Assembly: GCA_963792405.1 (NCBI GenBank) | Contig: CAWBVU010000005.1 | Span: forward strand, 355,668-419,667 | DNA length: 64,000 bases | Direction of reading: 5' to 3' | Source of the DNA: an uncultured Acidimicrobiia bacterium | GTDB lineage: Bacteria > Actinomycetota > Acidimicrobiia > Spongiisociales > UBA5794 | In this document: positions 41,057 to 50,987 of the stretch, piece by piece | Numbering within the stretch: the stretch's first letter is position 1 | How the letters are laid out: each line of letters opens with the position of its first letter | Notes under the pieces: model-generated | Databases searched by the model: none | Told to the model about the DNA's origin: nothing | The model's input: only the letters and a program-made list of their open reading frames with translations | Translations under genes and position numbers: made by a program

Positions 41057-42196
41057 ATGGCTGCTCCCCATCCGATGTTGGCGCCGTTGATCGCAGGGGA
41101 ACCCGTGCCGGACGACGCGGTGATCACCCTCGACGTGGTGCGATCGGCTGAGGAGCACGGGGTCTCCGCGCTGCTCGACGACGTCCTCACACGGGGCGAC
41201 TTCGACATCTCACCTCCGCAGGTGAAGCAGCGCCTCGCCATGCGAGCCCTCGAAGCCGCCGCGGAGAACCATGCCGCACTGATCGCGGTCGGAGAGGTGC
41301 TCGACGTCGCCGGTGCGCTCGGCATCGAGGTCGCCATCGCGAAGGGTGTGGCCGTGGGGTCCCGGTGCTACCCGAACCCTGACCTTCGGCCCACGATCGA
41401 CGTGGACGTGTTCGCCGACCCCGGGTCCCTCGACCGCCTCGGCGACCTCGCCCTCGCCCTCGGGGCGTCTGCGCTCGACAAGATGGCGATCGACGCCATG
41501 GTCGCCGAGGGCCGCGTCTTCGAGGTGACGCTGCCGACCAGCGGCGCCGACGTCGACCTGCACCGTGACCCGATGAACATGGTGCTGCCGTCCACCCGTG
41601 AACGGGACCGCTGGGACCGCACGACGATGGTCGCCCTCCCGGACGGGACGAAGGTGCGGACCCTGGACCTCGAGGACACGGTGATCCTCGCCCTGCTGCA
41701 CCTGTTCCGTGACAACTTCGCGATGCTGCTCCACGTCAACGACGTCCGCCTGATGATCGAGGCGGGCCCCGACTGGGACGAGGTCGAACGACGGGCGGCC
41801 GACGACGGCTGGACCGACATCGTCCGCTACGCCGCCTGGTTCGCCTCCGACACCTTCGGCATGCCGTCGCCCCTCCCCACCGCCATCGCACGGTGGCGCA
41901 AGGCGATCATCGACGCCGTGTGGCCCCGCTCGCTGCTGCTGCAGGGGGCCGACAGCGTGGTGCGCAGCCAGCGCCGCCAGTCCGCCCTCTCGCTCCTCAC
42001 GTCCGGCCGCACCGGGGCGCTCACCTCCGCCTACGCCAGGCGTGCGTTCCCGTCCCGGACCGTGATCGACCAGCGCGGCGGCGCCTCCGACCTCTCGTAC
42101 CCCGTGGCCCTCGCCGACTGGCGCCTCCGGCAGCGGCGGGAGAACCGGGCGATGATCGACGACGGCGGGGACCCGGCACCGGAGCCGCACCTGTGA
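41057..42196 (+). CDS. Nucleotidyltransferase-family protein (NTP_transf_5-like), copy 2, intact
   Basis: 379 aa continuous ORF. Confidence 0.7.
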   Translation: MAAPHPMLAPLIAGEPVPDDAVITLDVVRSAEEHGVSALLDDVLTRGDFDISPPQVKQRLAMRALEAAAENHAALIAVGEVLDVAGALGIEVAIAKGVAVGSRCYPNPDLRPTIDVDVFADPGSLDRLGDLALALGASALDKMAIDAMVAEGRVFEVTLPTSGADVDLHRDPMNMVLPSTRERDRWDRTTMVALPDGTKVRTLDLEDTVILALLHLFRDNFAMLLHVNDVRLMIEAGPDWDEVERRAADDGWTDIVRYAAWFASDTFGMPSPLPTAIARWRKAIIDAVWPRSLLLQGADSVVRSQRRQSALSLLTSGRTGALTSAYARRAFPSRTVIDQRGGASDLSYPVALADWRLRQRRENRAMIDDGGDPAPEPHL

Positions 42197-42447
42197 GGCG
42201 ATCCGACCACGCCATGGCGCGGGAACTCGACGGCGAGATCATCATCCTCGACGTGCCGTCGGGCCGGTACTTCGGGATCAACGACGTGGGCGCCCTGGTG
42301 TGGGGGCTGCTCGACGGGACCCGCGACCGTGACGCCATCGTCGATGCGGTGACCGCCGAGTTCGACGTCGATCGGGACACCGCCGCGGCCGACCTCGATG
42401 CGCTCCTCGACCAGCTCGTCGACGCCGGCCTCGTGGTGGACCAGTGA
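42193..42447 (+). CDS. PqqD-family protein (B1), copy 2
   Basis: GTG start overlapping the upstream stop. 84 aa. Confidence 0.75.
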   Translation: MRRSDHAMARELDGEIIILDVPSGRYFGINDVGALVWGLLDGTRDRDAIVDAVTAEFDVDRDTAAADLDALLDQLVDAGLVVDQ

Positions 42448-42857
42448 CCCAGCGGTCGTCCACCGTCGGCAGGATCCTCGTGGCACGAGCAGGTGTCCTG
42501 CTGACCAGGGTCGCCCTGCGCACCGCGGGCTTCGCCGCCACGATCCGAGCCCTGTCCGCCATTCCCAGGGTCATGCGCGCCAGCCCGAGCCCCGATCCAC
42601 GGTGGGCAGGTGAGATCGCCACTGCGGCGACCGGCCGGCTCGGGGGGACGTGCCTCGACCGGTCCGTGGCCCTGTGGTTCACCATGCGCCAGCACGGCCT
42701 CGACGGCGACCTGCGCATCGGCGTCGCCCGCTCCGGTGACACCCTCGACGCCCACTCCTGGGTCGAGTACGACGGTGCGGTCCTCAACGACACGGCCGAC
42801 GTCGCCGACCGGTTCGCGGTGTTCGACGACGACCCGACGGACCTGGTGTTCACGTGA
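42444..42857 (+). CDS. Lasso peptidase B2 (transglutaminase-like), copy 2, intact
   Basis: 137 aa with C...H...D triad context (GTCLDRSVALWF, DAHSWVEYDG). Confidence 0.75.
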   Translation: MTQRSSTVGRILVARAGVLLTRVALRTAGFAATIRALSAIPRVMRASPSPDPRWAGEIATAATGRLGGTCLDRSVALWFTMRQHGLDGDLRIGVARSGDTLDAHSWVEYDGAVLNDTADVADRFAVFDDDPTDLVFT

Positions 42858-43585
42858 CGGCGGCGGCCACCATCGGCGGGGTCCGCTTCGTCATGGACAC
42901 GCTGCTGATCGGGACGGGGGACACCGGGTTCTCCGACCTCGAGCTCGAGGCACGCTGGTTCGAGGGCGACGCTCCCGATGCGACGATGCTGGCGGCCCCC
43001 ATGGGCCTCCACCTGTGGATCGACCACGAGACCGGGGTCGTGCACCTCCCGGTCCTCGACGACGAGGTCGAGATGCGGGGCTGGCAGCTGCGCCAGGTGG
43101 CCCCGACCGTCGCCGCCTTCTACGACCGGCTCACCCTCCACGCGTCCGCCGTGTCCGTCGATGGCCGTGTGCTGGCGTTCGTGGCGGGGTCGGGCACCGG
43201 CAAGACGACGCTCGCCTGGGCACTCGTCAAGGCCGGCGCCGCGGCGATCAGCGACGACCTCCTCCCCATCCGGTTCGACGACCGCCCCGTCGTCCCGACG
43301 GACACCGATCGGCTTCCCGTCGCGGCGCTGTGCTTCCTCGACCGCCACGGCGGCGACCTCGCCGAGTCCACCCTCGAACCCGCACTCGCCATGCGACGTC
43401 ACATCGCCAACGGCTTCGGGGAGCACGGTGAGCCGCGGGTGTGGGGCTTCCAGTTCGACGCCTACCACCGCCTCGTCACCGAGGTCCCCCACGTCGACCT
43501 GGTGGTCCCCGACGACCGCGAGCAGGTGGCATCCGTCGCCGAGCGACTCATCGACCTCGTCCGCACCGGCGGGCTGGGCGGCTGA
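42854..43585 (+). CDS. HPr kinase-like kinase, copy 2
   Basis: 243 aa, same P-loop as copy 1. Confidence 0.7.
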   Translation: MTAAATIGGVRFVMDTLLIGTGDTGFSDLELEARWFEGDAPDATMLAAPMGLHLWIDHETGVVHLPVLDDEVEMRGWQLRQVAPTVAAFYDRLTLHASAVSVDGRVLAFVAGSGTGKTTLAWALVKAGAAAISDDLLPIRFDDRPVVPTDTDRLPVAALCFLDRHGGDLAESTLEPALAMRRHIANGFGEHGEPRVWGFQFDAYHRLVTEVPHVDLVVPDDREQVASVAERLIDLVRTGGLGG

Positions 43586-45350
43586 TGGGCGGCCTCGCCG
43601 TCGCCGTCGACTGGTCGGAGCGGCCCGACCCCTCGGCCTTCGCCTCGATGGTGGAGGCGATGGGACACCGCGGCCGTGCAGGCATCCGGACCGCCAATGC
43701 GGGTGCGGCGCTGCTGGCGGAGGCCCGGCTCCCAAGGGACGGGACGGAGGGCTGGCGCATCGCCACCGCAGGCCCGCTCACCCTGGTCGGTGACCTGCGC
43801 CTGTGGCACCTCGATGCCCTCCGCTCGCTGGCAGGGATCGACGACGCCGACCCCCGGATGCTGGCGCTCCACGCCTGGGCGGCCCACGGCGCCGCCATGA
43901 TGGACGCCGTCGACGGTGACTTCGCCTTCGCCATCTGGGACGCCGACACGTCCACCCTCTTCGCCGCCAGGGACCGCTTCGGCGCCAAGCCGCTGTGGAT
44001 CCAACAGACACCCAGCGGCATCCGGCTCGCCTCCGGGACCGGCCAGCTCGTCGCCGCGACCGATCCCCGGCCGGGCCCCGACCCGGTGACGGTCGAGCGG
44101 TTCCTCCGCGACGAGGTCGCCTACGACGACCGCTCGTTCCATTACGGGATCCGCCGCCTCATGCCCGCCCACCACCTCGTCGCCACCGCCGACGGTGTCA
44201 CCACGACCCGGTACTGGGACCCGTCGGAGATCCCCGAACGGCCCGCCACCGACGTGCCCGCCACGTTCCGCCGCCTCGTCGTCGACGCCGTGGCGGACCG
44301 CCTCGCCGGTCCCAGCGCACCGTCAGCGACCTCTCCGGGGGGCTCGACAGCTCGTCGATCACCGCCGCCGCCCACGACCTCGTCCCCGATCGCCTCGACG
44401 CCGGGCGGTTCGTCACGGTGTCGGCGATCGTCCCCGGCACGGAGACCGACGAGTCGCCCTGGATCGCCGCAACGGTCGCGACCCAGCCGTTCGCCCACCG
44501 CGACCACACGGTGGGCATCGGGGACATCGACGACTACGCCGCCGATATGGCCACGACCGGCATGCCCGTCGCCCACCACATCCGGGACCTGGCGGTGCGC
44601 ACCGCGGCGATCGCGGTGGAGGAGGGCGCCGACCTCGTCCTCACCGGCAACGGCGGTGACGAGGTCGCCGATGACCGGTGGGTCCTCGCCCACCTCCTGC
44701 GGGCGGGACGGCTGTGGCCATGGGGCCGCACCGTCGCCTCGATGGGCGCCCAGTCGCCGTACGCGGCGGCGCTGTGGGCGGCCTCCTCGGTCGGCCAGGC
44801 GCTCCCGCCCCGTGTCCGCAGGGCGATCCGCGGACAGTGGCGCCGCTCGGACACCGAGGGCGCCGACGACAGCCACATGCCTCCCGATGCCGGCATGCCC
44901 CACCACGTCGCGTCACGCCTGCACACCGGACGGGGCCTCCTGGTGCTCGAGTGGCTCGAGGCCATGTACGCCGCCTCCGGCATCGAGGTGTCCCACCCGT
45001 ACCTCGACCGCAGGATCGTCGAGTTCGTCGCCTCCCTCCCCGCCACGGCACTACCGGTGGGTGTGGCGAACAAGGCGCTCATCAGGGAGGCGTTTCGGGG
45101 TGCCCTCCCCGACACGGTCGTCGACCGACAGGAGAAGGTGACCGGCAACGAGCACATCGACCGGGTCGTCGCGACCCACGGACCGGCCTTGATCGAGCGG
45201 TTCCCCGACGTGCCGGACCGGGCGGCGCCGTTCATCGATCCTGACCGGTATCGGGACGAGGTCGCCCGCTTCCACGCCGACGACGCCGATGCGGCAGGCG
45301 ATCTGTGGCCCGCATGGTCCGTCATGCTCTGGCTCGACGGCGCACCCTGA
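43585..45350 (+). CDS. Asn-synthetase-like lasso cyclase (C), copy 2; frameshift near 44305
   Basis: N-terminal part in ORF 43441..45141 up to ADRLAG, then continues in ORF 43995..45350. Confidence 0.7.
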
Positions 45351-45398
45351 GTCGCCCCACCTCAAGATCCATGGGAAATCGGCCGATGTCGGTACGGT

Positions 45399-45569
45399 AT
45401 GCAGGGCATGAAGGCCTACCGAACGCCCGTTCTGGTGGAACTGGGCACGATGTCGCATGTCACTCGCAAGAGTGGCAGGAAGCGTGACATCCAGACCCTC
45501 GCCGCCGCACCCAAGACGGTGCCGCCCATCTGCGACATCATGCCCTGGCTCCCGCCCTGCAACCCCTAG
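45399..45569 (+). CDS. Candidate lasso precursor, copy 2 (identical peptide)
   Basis: Same 171-nt ORF as 40078..40248. Confidence 0.5.
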   Translation: MQGMKAYRTPVLVELGTMSHVTRKSGRKRDIQTLAAAPKTVPPICDIMPWLPPCNP

Positions 45570-45593
45570 GCCACCTGCCTCCCTGACCTCGAC

Positions 45594-46440
45594 GTGACGA
45601 CTCGCCCTATCGTGCAGGCCATGGCGCACCCGATCACGACCGAGACAGCCGACACGCCCAGCCGCCTGGTCCGTTGGGAGCTCGCCTCGAGCCGCGCCAG
45701 CCAGGCACTCCTCGCAGGGGCATGGGGCGCCCATGCGGGGATGTGGCTCGGGCTGATGGGCGACGCCGACCTCGCCGCCGCCACCGACGCCTTCTACCGC
45801 ACCACCCCCAGGTGGCGCAACGACGACTTCGTCCGCAGCGGGCTCGCCCCATGGGAGGCCGCCGCCGTCGAGGCCTGGTTCCCACCCTCTGGCCGTGTCC
45901 TCGTGCCCGTCGGCGGGCGCCGCCCGGGAGATGCTCCCCCTCGCCGCCATGGGCTACGACGTCGTGGGCTTCGACCCGTCCCCTCCGCTCGTCGACTTCG
46001 GGAACCACCTGCTCACGGCGACCGGCACCGCCGGGACGCTGCTGCACAGCCGGGCGAGTGACGTCCCCGAGGGCCTGGAGGGCCCGTTCGATGCGGTCCA
46101 CTTCGGCTGGGGAGGGATCAGCCACGTCCGCTGGCGAGGGACCCGCGTCGCCATGCTGCGGTCCGTCCGTGCCCTGTGTGCCGACGGCGCCCCGATGCTG
46201 ATCTCGTTCCTCACCCGGCCGCCGGACTCCCGCCGCTTCCACGTGGCCCGGTCCGTCGCCACCGCCGTGGGACGCCTCCGAGGCGACCGCAGGCCCATCG
46301 AGCTCGGCGACACCGTCGACGGCAGCTTCGACCACTACTTCACCTTCGACGAGATGGAGTCCGAGCTCACCGACGCGGGGTTCACGACCGTGGCGCGGGT
46401 CGCCCAGCCCTACGCCCACGTCGTCGCCACGGCGTCGTGA
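45594..46440 (+). CDS. Class I SAM-dependent methyltransferase, copy 2, full length (282 aa) but with one frameshift near 45905
   Basis: SAM-binding GYDVVGFD motif. The C-terminal 50 aa (RPIELGDTVDGSFDHYFTFDEMESELTDAGF...) are absent from copy 1. Confidence 0.65.
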
Positions 46441-46460
46441 CCCGACCAGGAGCACGGCTG

Positions 46461-48300
46461 ATGGGGGGCTTCGCCGTCGTCATCGACTGGGACCGCCCCG
46501 TCGACCCCCACGCCACCGACCCGATGATGGCCCTCGTCCCGCACCGGGCCACGGGCGGCACCCGCACCCACGTCACGCCCCATGCCGTACTCGCCGAGGG
46601 CCGTACCACGCACCAGGTGGATGGCGGCCCATGGGAGGTCGCCACCCTCGGACCGCTGGCGATCGTCGGCGACATCCGCCTCTTCGACACGGGCCGCCTC
46701 CGCGCCGCGGCAGGCGGCAGTGCGGCCACCGACGGCCTCGACGACCGCCACCTCCTGCTCGCCGCCTACCGGCGCAGGGGCATCGGGTTCCTCGACGCCG
46801 TCGACGGAGACTTCGCCTTCGTCATCTGGGACGACGACTGAACGCAGTGTCCTCGCCGTCAGGGACCGCTTCGCCGTCAAACCGATCTTCTACGAGGAGA
46901 CAGCCACCGGCATCCGCTTCACCTCGGAGGTCAAGCAGCTGGCGGCGACATCACTGCGACCCCCCGAGCCTGACCCGTTGTCACTCGCCGAGTACGTCGA
47001 CCTACGACTTCCGGGAGAAACGCCGCACGTTCTTGACCGGGATTCAGCGCATCCCTGCATCCGGGCGATCATCGCCGCATGGCCACGCGCCCCGGGCGCT
47101 GCGCTACTGGGACCCGACGCCGCCAACCGCCAGCGCATGAGCCATCGAGCCTTCCCCACCTCTTCCGCGAGCACCTCATCGCCGCCGTCGATCGGCGGCT
47201 CGAGACCGTCCAGCCACACGGTCAGCCAGCTCTCGGGCGGTCTCGACTCCTCGTCCATCGCTGCAGCTGCGGCGATCCTCGCATCCCGCGGAGAGCCCCT
47301 GGCGTTCACCACCGTGTCGGCTGTGTACGACTTCCCGTCGATCGACGAGTCGGGGTGGATCGACGACATCGTCGCCAGCCAGCCCTTCCCCCACCACGAC
47401 TTCGTCCCCGAGGTCGCCGACATCGAGCAGTTCGATGCCGACATGTGGACGGTCGATGGACCGCTCGTCGACCCCATCCGCGACATGAAGCACGTCACCG
47501 CTCGAATCGCCGTCCAGCTCGATGCACCCCTCGCCTGACCGGGGCAGGAGGTGACCACCTTCTCTATCAGGCCCGCTACCTGGGCGACATCCTGCGATCC
47601 GGCCACCATCCGCCGCTTCGCCCGGGACACGACCGTCGTGCACGCGCGATGGTCCGGGATGGGGCTGCTGCCGACCCTCTCTGCCCCGGTACGACAGGCC
47701 ACACCGCCGCCGCGTCCGCTCCATTGGGCGAGGGGTCCGCCGCTGCCAGGAGCCGAGCATGCTGGGCAATCCCTCTTCACCGGGGCAATCGAGCAGGCAT
47801 CGGAATCGCGTCGGACGAATCCGAGCACCTCGGCTTTCGCTCAGCAACACAGAACGCCATCGCATCGGATCTGCGCGAACCGCTGGCTCGCATGGACCAA
47901 TGAGACGACAAGCGATGGTCTTTGGCGCGTCATGGAGTCGATCTCAGCCATCCGTATCTCGACCGGGACCTCGCACAGTTCGTCGTTGTCGATCGATCCG
48001 CTCGATCTACCGTTCGACGGCCGGTCGAAGACGCTCGTCCGCCAAGGCTTCGCGGACACGCTCCCGGGCTCGGTTCTCGGTCGTCGACTCACGACATTCG
48101 CCGATGAGTACATGCAGGAGGCGCTGCGTTCCCAGCGCACGGCAGTACCGGGAGTCGATTCGCCGAGCATGCCGCTGCCTGCGGCCCCGGCCTCATCGAC
48201 GAGGACGCCTACCGAAGCGCACTCAGCGAGTTCGACAGCGCGTGCTCCCGCCCAGAAGATGTGCACGCCTCTGCGTTCCTGGCGGGCCATGGCATGTGAT
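46461..48300 (+). pseudogene. Third, diverged Asn-synthetase-like (lasso cyclase-like) gene, heavily frameshifted
   Basis: MGGFAVVIDWDRPVDPHA...DGDFAFVIWDDD. Then RDRFAVKPIFYEE, SGGLDSSSIAAAA, HLLYQARYLGDILRSG and HPYLDRDLAQFVV lie in at least five different frames. AGGAG RBS. About 35% identity to the C copies. Confidence 0.5.
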
Positions 48301-48399
48301 GGTTGACGCTTGGCGCATACAGGGCCGCCGACGACGTAGGATCCCTGCCCATGGAGTCGAAACCCAAGAGTGCAGGATCGACGCCGCGGGCATACACGC

Positions 48400-49502
48400 C
48401 GCCCCGGCTTCGCCACTTGGGGCTCATGTCGGCGGTCACTCGGAAGACTGGACCTAGGGAACGACGGCCAACTGCCTCGACCCAAGCGGCCAGCCCTAGG
48501 CGCGCCCACCCGACGAGGGTCAGGCTGCGATGACCTCGCCAAGAGGTTGCGATGCGCGCGAACGCCGAACGACCCATCCGGGAGAGTCGTCGGCTCCGTC
48601 GGCACCGTCACGGTCCGGATCGACCCCGACGACACCGAGCGCAGGTCCCATGTCAGCGCCACGGCGTCACCGATCCCCAGAGTGTCCGACAGCACGATCG
48701 TGTCGTCGAGCTGCTCGGCGAGGCCGGCCAGTTCCACCGGTGACCGCACCGTCTTGAGCCGATCCAACAGCGCGAACATCAGCTCCTGCTGACGGGCCAC
48801 TCGCACGGCGTCACCGGTCTCGGCCTGGAACCGCCACTCGCCGTCGACGAGTTCCTGCGTGCGCCGGGACCGGATGTAGGCGAGGGCGTGCTCGCCGTCG
48901 ATCATGCGAGCACCCTGCGGGCACGAGGTCGTAGCCTCCCTCACGCAGGGCGTTTCCGAGCAGATCTGCACGCCGCCGACCGAGTCGACCATCTCGACGA
49001 GCGCATCGAACTTCATCAGGGCGAAGTGGTCGATCGGTACGCCCGAGAAGTCCTCGACCGCGACGGCCACCAGCTCGGCGCCGTTCACCTCGCCCGCACC
49101 CCTCCAGGGTGCGGTCCAGCTTCGTCTCACGACCGGTGCACGGGTCGACGACGACCAGTCGCGGGGAAACGAGACGATCGTCGGTGACCGTTCCCCTCCT
49201 CGGGGAGGAGGTAGAGCAGCACGGCGTCGGCGAACGCCGTCACCTGCTTGTGTAGTCGTTGGCGACGTCTCGTCGGAGCCGACCACGAGGACGGATTGGT
49301 ACGTCGTCGGGGGAACGGTGGCGGTGGCTCCCGCCAGCGTGGTCGTCGACGGAAGGTCTCGACGTGCCTCCTGAAGATCGAAGTCGACACGCTCGACCGA
49401 GTTCCATGCCACGAGTGCCCTCACGCCTTGGTATCCCACGAACGGCGACGAACACGGCCAGAAGGCACCCACTGCAAGCAGGATCTTCCTGCGTCTCGAC
49501 AC
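48400..49502 (-). CDS. LCP (LytR-CpsA-Psr) family protein (C-terminal boundary uncertain)
   Basis: N-terminal TM anchor, then SVLVVGSDETS...IVSFPRD...GVPIDHFALMKF...GEHALAYIRSRR. ORF 47841..49502 runs past the domain, probably through spurious read-through. Possible compensating frameshifts around 49250. Confidence 0.6.
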
Positions 49503-49595
49503 CTCGTCCCCTCGCTACCGACCTGAGAAAGGTAGGAGGAGGACCCGCATAGGCGTCTCCTGACCTCATTCGCGGATCTTGAAGCTACCGCTGCG

Positions 49596-50840
49596 CTACC
49601 GATCGAGCTCTCGGGGAACGCCCGAGCTGACGTCGACGACGATGGCTTGCCTCATGACGTCTTCCAGCACAGCACGCATCCGAAAGATCTCGGCGAGCAC
49701 GACGCTATGGGGAACCAGGATCGCCATGAGATCGGCACCCGCTGACATCTCGGCCAGGTCACCGGCGAACTCTGGAACGAGGGGGTCGTACACGACGACG
49801 TCGGCGCCAGCTTCTTGCAGCCGATCTCGGATCGTTAGCGCCGGCGAATTCCGTATGTCGGACACATTCGGCTTGTACGACGCGCCGGCGAGCACCACGC
49901 GAGGACCGTCGACTCCCGCGATGAGGGTCATGAGTACCTCGGCGACACGGCCGGGCCGTCGATCATTCACCAACCGTGCGGTCACGATGAGGGCGCCGTC
50001 ATCCTCCCCGCCAACGAGGAACCACGGATCCACGGGGATACAGTGACCTCCCACGCCGATCCCAGGGATCAGGTAGTTGACGCGCGGGTGACCGTTGGCG
50101 ATCCGAATGGCCTCGAGCGGGTCGACGCCATGACGGTCGGCGAGCTCAGCGATCTGATTGGCCAAGGCGATGTTGACATCGCGGAACGTGTTCTCCATGA
50201 GCTTGCAGAACTCGGCCGTCTCGAGGTTCGTCTCGATCAGCTCTCCCTTCGAGAAGGTCCGGTAAAAGCGCCGTGCTGCTTCCGCCGAGTCCGCATCGAT
50301 CCCCCCGATGACCCGCTCACCTGTAGTCAGCTCCTCCAAGGTTCGACCGGGAAGGATGCGCTCCGGGCAATGGGCGAGGAAGAAGTCGGCCCCAACCCGC
50401 AGGCCGCCCTCTTCGAGTATTGGTGCGACCAATGCCCGACAGGTGCCGGGCGGCACGGTGGACTCGACGATCACCATTGCACCTGAGCGAAGTCTTGGAG
50501 CGACGGAATGTGCGGCCGCAGCGACCATCGAGAGGTCGGGAGTCCTCCCATCCTCGGCCACGGGAGTCGGTACGCAGATCACGAAGACGTCGGACACTTC
50601 GGGCGAGGCGGCACCCCGAAGCTTCTGCGACGATCTTGCCACTTCGAGGAGATCGCCCAGCCCCGGCTCATCGGTCACAGGGCGAGCATCGTTGATGGAT
50701 CGGATGACCTCGGGATTGATGTCGACCGCGAGGACGTCGTGGCCAGCGGCAGCGGCGAGGAGCGCAAGGGGGTACCCCACATAGCCGCAACCGATGACGT
50801 TGACCGTAAGCCCGACCTCGCTGTTGCGGATCACACCCAT
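49596..50840 (-). CDS. Nucleotide-sugar dehydrogenase (UDP-ManNAc / UDP-GlcNAc 6-dehydrogenase, WecC/WbpA-like)
   Basis: Start MGVIRNSEVGLTVNVIGCGYVGYP at 50840. Motifs CVPTP and GVGGHCIPVDP. 414 aa. The upstream 380 codons of ORF 49596..51971 are non-coding. Confidence 0.8.
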   Translation of the reverse strand: MGVIRNSEVGLTVNVIGCGYVGYPLALLAAAAGHDVLAVDINPEVIRSINDARPVTDEPGLGDLLEVARSSQKLRGAASPEVSDVFVICVPTPVAEDGRTPDLSMVAAAAHSVAPRLRSGAMVIVESTVPPGTCRALVAPILEEGGLRVGADFFLAHCPERILPGRTLEELTTGERVIGGIDADSAEAARRFYRTFSKGELIETNLETAEFCKLMENTFRDVNIALANQIAELADRHGVDPLEAIRIANGHPRVNYLIPGIGVGGHCIPVDPWFLVGGEDDGALIVTARLVNDRRPGRVAEVLMTLIAGVDGPRVVLAGASYKPNVSDIRNSPALTIRDRLQEAGADVVVYDPLVPEFAGDLAEMSAGADLMAILVPHSVVLAEIFRMRAVLEDVMRQAIVVDVSSGVPRELDR

Positions 50841-50987
50841 CCCCCAATGACTCCCCCGCGTGCGGAACCATAGCCACGACGTCGCACACGCCTGCCACAG
50901 CCCGGATGCTCGACGCACACGACATGGACGACATGGCGTCTGGCGTCCCCGTATCATCGGGACACAGCAACGGCTTGGGGGGACACC

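Larger units (their letters stand above)
35636..46290. repeat. Tandem duplication, 2 x ~5.33 kb (copy 1 35636-40968; copy 2 40969-46290), of the lasso-peptide cassette
   Basis: Gene-by-gene offset of 5321-5327 bp between copies at ~98-99% identity with substitutions. The junction sits inside the methyltransferase gene and joins to a 72-bp piece of repeat F. Confidence 0.8.

Noticed and set aside
45305-45487. 60-aa ORF 45305..45487 (and its copy-1 equivalent) as the lasso precursor
   Set aside because: It overlaps the 3' end of the C gene in another frame and lacks the Y..P.L...G.....T leader motif. The 56-aa ORF 20 bp downstream carries the motif.
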